In this document: in pieces, positions 57,890-64,000 of the stretch | How positions within the stretch are numbered: position 1 is the stretch's first letter | How the letters are laid out: every line of letters begins with the position of its first letter | IMG/VR virus record: IMGVR_UViG_3300022745_000017 | Location: 124,001 to 188,000 of that record | DNA: 64,000 nt | Reading direction: 5' to 3' (one strand) | Position numbers and translations under genes: made by a program | Notes under the pieces: generated by a model | The model's database searches: none | Told to the model about the DNA's origin: nothing | Seen by the model: only the letters and a program-made list of their open reading frames with translations

Positions 57890-58089
57890 TGCCGCATGTT
57901 CGATTATTCTTCAGTCACTTATTATCTAACTGAGTCATGGACGGTAAGGGTTGTGGCAAAATGGGCAAGACGATGCTCCATCACAACCCCTTGACTACTC
58001 GTAAGCTTACGGGTAACAAAACAACACCCTCAAAGGTTAACTAGGCATAGAACCCTTGAGTCTTAAGTTAGTTTGCTTAAGGCCTAGCA

Positions 58090-59556
58090 ATGATTATCAG
58101 CGAAATCCTGCCACCGTGTGTAAAAAATACGGCGGCTTTCATTGGGATCTTCAACAACGCGCGTGTTGGGATCAACAACCAGACTCGACTGAGCTTTGAT
58201 GCGGCTGAACAAGAGCAGCACGCCCACGGCGAAGTCAGCGAAACTTGGACGTATGTAAATTACACAAACAAAGACATCACCATCAAAGACCGCACTGGCA
58301 TTGCTTTTAAGATTAAGAGCACGCCAAAGGTCACCAATCGCCATTTTGTATTGCGGCGATGTTTTAAGATGCGATACACGGGATTTGAGTCACTGGTGAA
58401 ACTGCTACAGAGCAAGGAAGTGTTTGATGAGCCTGAACTCAATGGACTGCGTCAGAATTTACACGCCGTTCGCAAGCTCAACGCCCACTACTTAGAGTTT
58501 ACACTAGAGTACCTTATCCCGATAGAAGACCTCCAGAGAGCTGGTGGGTATATCTATCATTTTCAGACCGATAAGGTTTTGTCCATCGGCGATGTAGATG
58601 AGAGTCCCCTACATCCTTACGGACAAAGCAATAAAGATTTAACCGGCTTTGGCAGGCAAGAGTATTTCACCGTCCAGCGGGCTATCAACCACCGTGTTCG
58701 ATATGTCAGCCACGAAGATAATCCTCGCCCCCGGTATATCAAGATACTCAATCATGTCTATACTCTTTACCCAGAGCGCTTAGCACCGGCTAGGACGATG
58801 GTTATGCGCACTACAGACGGCGTCTGGTGTGCAAAGCCAATGGGGGAGTATATCCAGCTCGTACACACGTCGAGCAAGGACAATGTTTCGGGTATTTTCT
58901 CAATCATCTACACCCTTGAAGAAGCGCAAAAGGAAATCGGGGTGTTCGACTCGTATGAGATGGCTAGGAGTCACGGAGACATCGAGTCATCTCAAAAGCA
59001 AAAGCTCGCTCAAGCTCAATACGCGATCGAGCAGCTTAAACTAGAAACCCTCAGAGAAAAAGAGGCCGCTCAGCAGTCAGCAGACCTGCGCAGCAACGAG
59101 CTCGCCATGAAGAACCATGAGCTCGATCTCTTTAAGATCTCAGCAACCAGAGAAAAAGCAGCGTTAGAGCAACACGCTATCAAACTGCAATCCGATTTGC
59201 AAGAGTTAAAGACCGCGCAAATCAAGTCAGAGATTGAGCTCACCAATCTACTGGCCGAACAAAAGCGTATCGACGCAGATAGAAAGTCCAAAGACGAGCA
59301 GTTGCAACGGGAAGCCCGCCAACAAGACGAGAGGTTAGCCAGAATGCGTGACGAACATGAAGCCACCCTCAAGAAGATACGCGACGAACACGCTGATCAA
59401 CTCAAGCGTGAAGCGGCACAGCTTAAAGACAGCTACGAAGCCCGCTCACTAGCGCGTAAAGACGCATCGGAATCTATTAAAATTATCCCCGCACTCATCA
59501 TGACTATAGGTACTATCATTGCCTTTTTCTTCGGAAAGAGCACAAAGAGCGCCTGA
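58090..59556 (+). CDS. conserved coiled-coil protein with C-terminal TM (phiKZ gp122-like position)
   Basis: long heptad region, YEARS..RKD.SE..K..P + hydrophobic end. Confidence 0.75.
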   Translation: MIISEILPPCVKNTAAFIGIFNNARVGINNQTRLSFDAAEQEQHAHGEVSETWTYVNYTNKDITIKDRTGIAFKIKSTPKVTNRHFVLRRCFKMRYTGFESLVKLLQSKEVFDEPELNGLRQNLHAVRKLNAHYLEFTLEYLIPIEDLQRAGGYIYHFQTDKVLSIGDVDESPLHPYGQSNKDLTGFGRQEYFTVQRAINHRVRYVSHEDNPRPRYIKILNHVYTLYPERLAPARTMVMRTTDGVWCAKPMGEYIQLVHTSSKDNVSGIFSIIYTLEEAQKEIGVFDSYEMARSHGDIESSQKQKLAQAQYAIEQLKLETLREKEAAQQSADLRSNELAMKNHELDLFKISATREKAALEQHAIKLQSDLQELKTAQIKSEIELTNLLAEQKRIDADRKSKDEQLQREARQQDERLARMRDEHEATLKKIRDEHADQLKREAAQLKDSYEARSLARKDASESIKIIPALIMTIGTIIAFFFGKSTKSA

Positions 59557-59596
59557 GTTTAACACTGAGTGTTCAACCACCAACCTATCTTAACAT

Positions 59597-61216
59597 ATGT
59601 TCCCACAGGAAATCGAAGATGAAATCGACCGCATCACAACACCGTTCAATGAACGGATCGCTAGTGGGTTGGCTACCCACGAGCTAAAGAAGTCGGCCAC
59701 CTACATCGACAAGGTGTTAAAGAGTGTGGCCCGAGGATTTCCTTCGAGTGTGCGCTATGCCGGCTATCGCCCACTGACACCCGAAGAAGAGTTTGCCAAG
59801 CTCACGAGTATGCGCGCCCAAGCGCCTGCGACTCTGGACATCGCTAACTCGACACTGCGCATGTTTTTGTACATGTTTGAATTCCATCAGAGCGACGGTC
59901 AGATCCACAAGATCGACAAACCACTTCAATTGCTGCACGGCAGCATTGGTGGCGCTGGACGGTTTGAGATCGCAGGATCAAAATTCCTGGCTTCTCCTGT
60001 CTTAGCAGACCAAGTCTTCTCGGTGATGGAAGACCACGTCTTCATTAAGCTGATGAAAGCCAAGCTCATTGTCAAGCAGCTCTCCTATCACTGGATGGCC
60101 GCTGGCATTCGGGACTCCGCTTATGTCGCCTGGGCTGACGTTTATAATGAACGCTCTACGCCTGGCGCTCCACGCAACCCGATCACAGCTAAGACGTGCC
60201 TGGCCCATTACTTGTTTTGTAAGTTTGGGGTCACCAAAGCCTTCCGCAAATTCGCTCATGCGGAGATCAAGGTCGGTGGCATTGAGATCACGGAACAGAT
60301 GTACCCGCCTGACAAGTGGTTGATCTGTACGTCGGTTCAAATCAAACCCAAGACTTACCGGCTCTTTTACGAACCCTCTGACATTCGTGTAGCCGTGCGG
60401 ATCGATCAGCTCAACACCATGACCCGGTGTTTGTTAGCTGGCTTGTTTTATGTGGTCGACCATTTCCCCCAGCGCATGTTAGCCCGAGAGATCGATAACA
60501 TCGATACTTGGCGCGTGATGTTGGGCTTGCTCATCTGGAGTGGCACAGTCAACGAGGGCAAGCTCCTCTCGAATGTGAACAACCATTTCAACAGCTTAGA
60601 TGAGTATGTCGACAACATGGTCATTGACAAGTTGCGTGTGATTAACGTGCCTTGTCAGGATGTCTATGAGCTGTTTGGCTACGTGATCAGTAACATGATC
60701 AAGTGGCTGCAAGAAAGTAGCCGTACCAGTAACTCTATGTGGAATAAAGAGTTGGTGGTGTTGCCGTTCATCTATTACAAGGTGATCGAAGCAATTCACT
60801 TGCTTTACTTCAAGCTCAATGCAAGCCAGCACAGAGAGCTCACCCTACAGCGCGTTGAGAAAGCACTCCAGCACTTGACGCCGGGTGTGATCTACAAGGT
60901 GACAAGAAACGGTGAGGTATCGACCACCTCGTGTCCTGGTGACAATCCAGCTACACGCATGACATCCATCATTGTTCCGCAAGCCAAGAGTGCTTCTGGC
61001 ACCAGTGCTGACCGGACATCGACCACTGATCCGTCACAACGGCTCCACCCGTCGACCATTGATACCGGATGCTACCTGGCACTGCCAAAAGCAGATCCGT
61101 CAGGCCGTGGTAGAATTAACCTCGCTGTACAAACCACCGACACCGGCTTGATCGTGCGCGATCCACGCTATATCGACATTTTGAATGAAGCTGAACAATA
61201 CTTCAGCAGAAGGTAA
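59597..61216 (+). CDS. non-virion RNA polymerase beta-like subunit (phiKZ gp123-like)
   Basis: TPEEEF, I.GS....SPVLAD, HYLFCKFG, FYVVDHFP, SLDEYVD, PK.DP.GR..IN; synteny. Confidence 0.8.
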   Translation: MFPQEIEDEIDRITTPFNERIASGLATHELKKSATYIDKVLKSVARGFPSSVRYAGYRPLTPEEEFAKLTSMRAQAPATLDIANSTLRMFLYMFEFHQSDGQIHKIDKPLQLLHGSIGGAGRFEIAGSKFLASPVLADQVFSVMEDHVFIKLMKAKLIVKQLSYHWMAAGIRDSAYVAWADVYNERSTPGAPRNPITAKTCLAHYLFCKFGVTKAFRKFAHAEIKVGGIEITEQMYPPDKWLICTSVQIKPKTYRLFYEPSDIRVAVRIDQLNTMTRCLLAGLFYVVDHFPQRMLAREIDNIDTWRVMLGLLIWSGTVNEGKLLSNVNNHFNSLDEYVDNMVIDKLRVINVPCQDVYELFGYVISNMIKWLQESSRTSNSMWNKELVVLPFIYYKVIEAIHLLYFKLNASQHRELTLQRVEKALQHLTPGVIYKVTRNGEVSTTSCPGDNPATRMTSIIVPQAKSASGTSADRTSTTDPSQRLHPSTIDTGCYLALPKADPSGRGRINLAVQTTDTGLIVRDPRYIDILNEAEQYFSRR

Positions 61217-61220
61217 TAAG

Positions 61221-63275
61221 ATGCAACCACAATTTAGTATGTCTCGCGCTCAGTCGCGGCCTGTCAACTATGCACGGGGTTTTCCCTTTTCGATCCTGTG
61301 CCGGCCGACAGAAGCCACACGGGACTTGGTTGAAGAAGCGGCACTGGAGCTGGTTACGATCATCCAGCGTGAGGCAGCAAATAGCGGCCTGCGGATGTTC
61401 CTCTTCAACCAGATGAGTGATAACGGGTTCAATAACCGTGACTTCTTCGATCTGGTGCAGACAACCCTCGATTTGATCGACGCCGAGATCATGACTTATC
61501 GGCGAGTACCTGTCGGCCTGGTACAGGACTGCGCCAAGCTGGCTACGGACTGGGAAAACGTACTCAATGCAGATCGTTTTAATCTGTTTGAGTTCATCTC
61601 GCGTGACCTTCATCAGGATGTGGTCAACGGCATTAACATGGCCAAAGAAGAGCGCCGCGTGCGTCTGCGCACCCCTGCGCGCGGCGCTGAGCGTGATCCT
61701 TATCACGACGCAACGCGTTCTCGGTATACTCCCACTTACGACGATCGCCGAGGCTACGATGATCGTGGTGGTTTGCCACGCTCTTATCAGTCTGTTGCTC
61801 GTGCGCCAGTATACGCACCAACGACTGTGTCAGCTGCACCGCCTCGTGTAAGCGTGGCTGGCAATCCGCGCGAACAAGTGCCGCCGGTGCACACACCTGA
61901 TCCAGCCTACGAGCAACGTATGCGCACGCCCACAGCCCGACTCGAAGTCATCCGCGCTGGAGCAGCGATTCCGCGCCAACAACCCGTGGTCGCTGACCTG
62001 CCTAGCTGCACGAATTTGCAGCTGTCAGAGAAAGACAAAGCAATGCGCCGCGAATTGGCGCTGGCCGTCTCCAAAAATGGAACAGTTGTCGTAGACGTTC
62101 AACGCTATGATGACCCAGGTGTGCAGTTTGTTGCGACTGACAAGTGGTGGTTCATCCCTGTATTCAACGCGAAGACCCACACTCTTTACTACATCATCAA
62201 AGACGATGGGGCCATGTGTCCTATCACCGTGAAAGCTTTTGAGGAATTCGACGTGGACGCAGAAAAACACTTGGGCAAACCCGCCAACTACGTTCAAGCG
62301 GTCATTCCTCAGCCAGCAAAAGTCAAACAGCAGCAAAAGCTGCTTGACTCTATCACCGAGAGCCTCGATGCTCAAGAAGCTTTGTTCACTGACATCGTCG
62401 TGATCGAAGCCAATGAGTACGCTGCTGCCGGTGTGCCGGCAGAGGAGATACCCATGAAAGACCGAGTCTACAGCGTATGCGACTTGTCGCAAGGCTGGTT
62501 GATCGCAGACCACACCGCAGGTGTGATGAAAGAGCAGCTGGATAAACCCAGCACCATCAGCGCAGTACGTGTCAAAGTCTCACTGACTGACACGGTGATT
62601 GATTCAGCCGACTCAGCCTGGCTCGATCATCTGGGGAATATGAAAGACTTCTCCCAACTGCGAACAGCCATCACCACGCAGCTCGATAAGCTGCAATGCG
62701 GCATTCCCACCACACTCGTCAGCGAGAAAGTGATCTCCCGCATCGACAAGCGTTTAGCCAACGAGATCAGCCACGTCCTCAAGAACGTGATCGGTGTGGA
62801 CATCACGATCGACTCTTTCCTCGATCCCAACGGCGGCGGTGCGCTTATGGCGTATCTGTCAGAGAACATGCCCAGCATTGGTAGTCTGCTGCTGGATTAC
62901 CAAGAAGAGATCATCTCGGCTGCACTCAGCCGGGTGCATGGGTCCGATGAGATCTCTGAGATTCTCTACAGCCTCTGCTGCGAAACACCCACCGATCAGA
63001 AACCACCGGTGGTGATGTTCACGTCGAGCTATGTCTTGGTGAAGATCGGGTTCGAATCGACGGTGTTCTTCAACGGTATGGTCATGCCGCATGAAGTATG
63101 CCACATCAACGCCAACGAAATGCCGGTTTTGAACAAACTGTTTGCGACGTTGCGCAAAGACATGAAGACGCGTGAGCGTTTGATCATCCAGCTGGAAGAC
63201 GGTGTCACAGTCCATGTCAACCGTGGCGTGTTGGAAGACTCTCCGTTTGCTATGCGTGTTGAGAAGGCTGCTTAA
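61221..63275 (+). CDS. conserved phiKZ-like protein following nvRNAP subunit
   Basis: ~685 aa; low-complexity R/P/Y central linker; IDSF motif. Confidence 0.75.
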   Translation: MQPQFSMSRAQSRPVNYARGFPFSILCRPTEATRDLVEEAALELVTIIQREAANSGLRMFLFNQMSDNGFNNRDFFDLVQTTLDLIDAEIMTYRRVPVGLVQDCAKLATDWENVLNADRFNLFEFISRDLHQDVVNGINMAKEERRVRLRTPARGAERDPYHDATRSRYTPTYDDRRGYDDRGGLPRSYQSVARAPVYAPTTVSAAPPRVSVAGNPREQVPPVHTPDPAYEQRMRTPTARLEVIRAGAAIPRQQPVVADLPSCTNLQLSEKDKAMRRELALAVSKNGTVVVDVQRYDDPGVQFVATDKWWFIPVFNAKTHTLYYIIKDDGAMCPITVKAFEEFDVDAEKHLGKPANYVQAVIPQPAKVKQQQKLLDSITESLDAQEALFTDIVVIEANEYAAAGVPAEEIPMKDRVYSVCDLSQGWLIADHTAGVMKEQLDKPSTISAVRVKVSLTDTVIDSADSAWLDHLGNMKDFSQLRTAITTQLDKLQCGIPTTLVSEKVISRIDKRLANEISHVLKNVIGVDITIDSFLDPNGGGALMAYLSENMPSIGSLLLDYQEEIISAALSRVHGSDEISEILYSLCCETPTDQKPPVVMFTSSYVLVKIGFESTVFFNGMVMPHEVCHINANEMPVLNKLFATLRKDMKTRERLIIQLEDGVTVHVNRGVLEDSPFAMRVEKAA

Positions 63276-63297
63276 ATTGCTCGGTTAAACGGCACAA

Positions 63298-63353
63298 CTC
63301 CAGGTGGGGACGCTTACGCGTCCCCACCTGGAGCTAACCTCTATTTATTTTTC
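63298..63353. terminator. hairpin between convergent genes
   Basis: CTCCAGGTGGGGACGC-TTAC-GCGTCCCCACCTGGAG + T-tract. Confidence 0.75.
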
Positions 63354-63998
63354 TTATAAGAAGTCAGGTGGTGTATCCTCTTTTCCCGTGCCACCGTCTT
63401 CACCAGTCGGTGTTTCGCCCTCTGTGTCCGCTGGTGGTGTCTCACCATCACCGCTGCCCTCTTCACCTGTTGTCGACCCTTCGTCTCCACCACCGCTACT
63501 ACCTGGCTCTGGTGAGCTAGCACCATCACCATCAATCTGGTTGTTATCCAAGTCTTTGTTTGAGGCAGCAATCATAGGTTGGATCTCAACTGACAAAGCA
63601 GTACAGGTACGCACCAGTGCTTTCACATGGACCATTGTGTTTCTCATCAGATCCACTTGATCACTGTTGTCATCACTCACAGCTGTTAGTGCTGAGAGTT
63701 CAGGCATGTACCCATGACTAGCCATCCAGTCACGCTGTAGCTGAGACAAAGCCAATGCTTTATAGGTTTCCACCTTACTAGAGACGTTGCCAGCAGTATC
63801 AGCGTTGAAGAACGAGTCATTGATTTGTGCCTCAATGGCTTTCTTAGCCGCTTCGGAAAACTTATCAAACTCTTGGGCCTGTTGCTCCAAGTTCACACTC
63901 ACAGGCTTAAGCAGTTCAGCAGAAAAGCCCGACAAGAACATGTGTAGTCCGATCGTGACTTTCAAACGCTGAACTTGCTCATCGGTGATGTTAATCCC
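63354..63998 (-). CDS. C-terminus of large virion protein, probably portal (phiKZ gp129-like); truncated by window edge
   Basis: frame open to window end; R.WM...GYMPEL motif, acidic Gly-rich tail; position after capsid/nvRNAP block. Confidence 0.45.
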   Translation of the reverse strand, partial: GINITDEQVQRLKVTIGLHMFLSGFSAELLKPVSVNLEQQAQEFDKFSEAAKKAIEAQINDSFFNADTAGNVSSKVETYKALALSQLQRDWMASHGYMPELSALTAVSDDNSDQVDLMRNTMVHVKALVRTCTALSVEIQPMIAASNKDLDNNQIDGDGASSPEPGSSGGGDEGSTTGEEGSGDGETPPADTEGETPTGEDGGTGKEDTPPDFL

Positions 63999-64000
63999 GT

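Overview
64 kb of a phiKZ-like jumbo phage genome (Chimalliviridae-type). The host is probably a proteobacterium, inferred from the ThyA/SspB/Dcd sequences. The right end carries the phiKZ-like core block: DnaB-like helicase, major capsid protein, non-virion RNA polymerase beta-like subunit and a probable portal C-terminus. The middle encodes nucleotide and DNA metabolism (thyA, DHFR, class II RNR, SNF2 helicase, NAD-dependent ligase, dCTP deaminase, macrodomain, NADAR) and two minus-strand virion/fibre-like genes. The left ~22 kb is an accessory region of small orphan genes and tandem paralogs, plus a 650-bp purine/pyrimidine-segregated non-coding island. The strongest unexplained signal is a repeated cis-element. 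A CACATATA-N7-TG promoter-like motif is followed by a 60-70 nt leader that folds as an H-type pseudoknot with covarying pairs and a conserved loop, ending just before the Shine-Dalgarno. It precedes eight mostly unrelated accessory genes, including a 2H phosphodiesterase and two HExxH proteins. Three accessory genes are interrupted (two in-frame TAGs, one (CT)6 frameshift). No tRNA, rRNA or CRISPR array was recognised. All family assignments come from motif recognition, not database searches.
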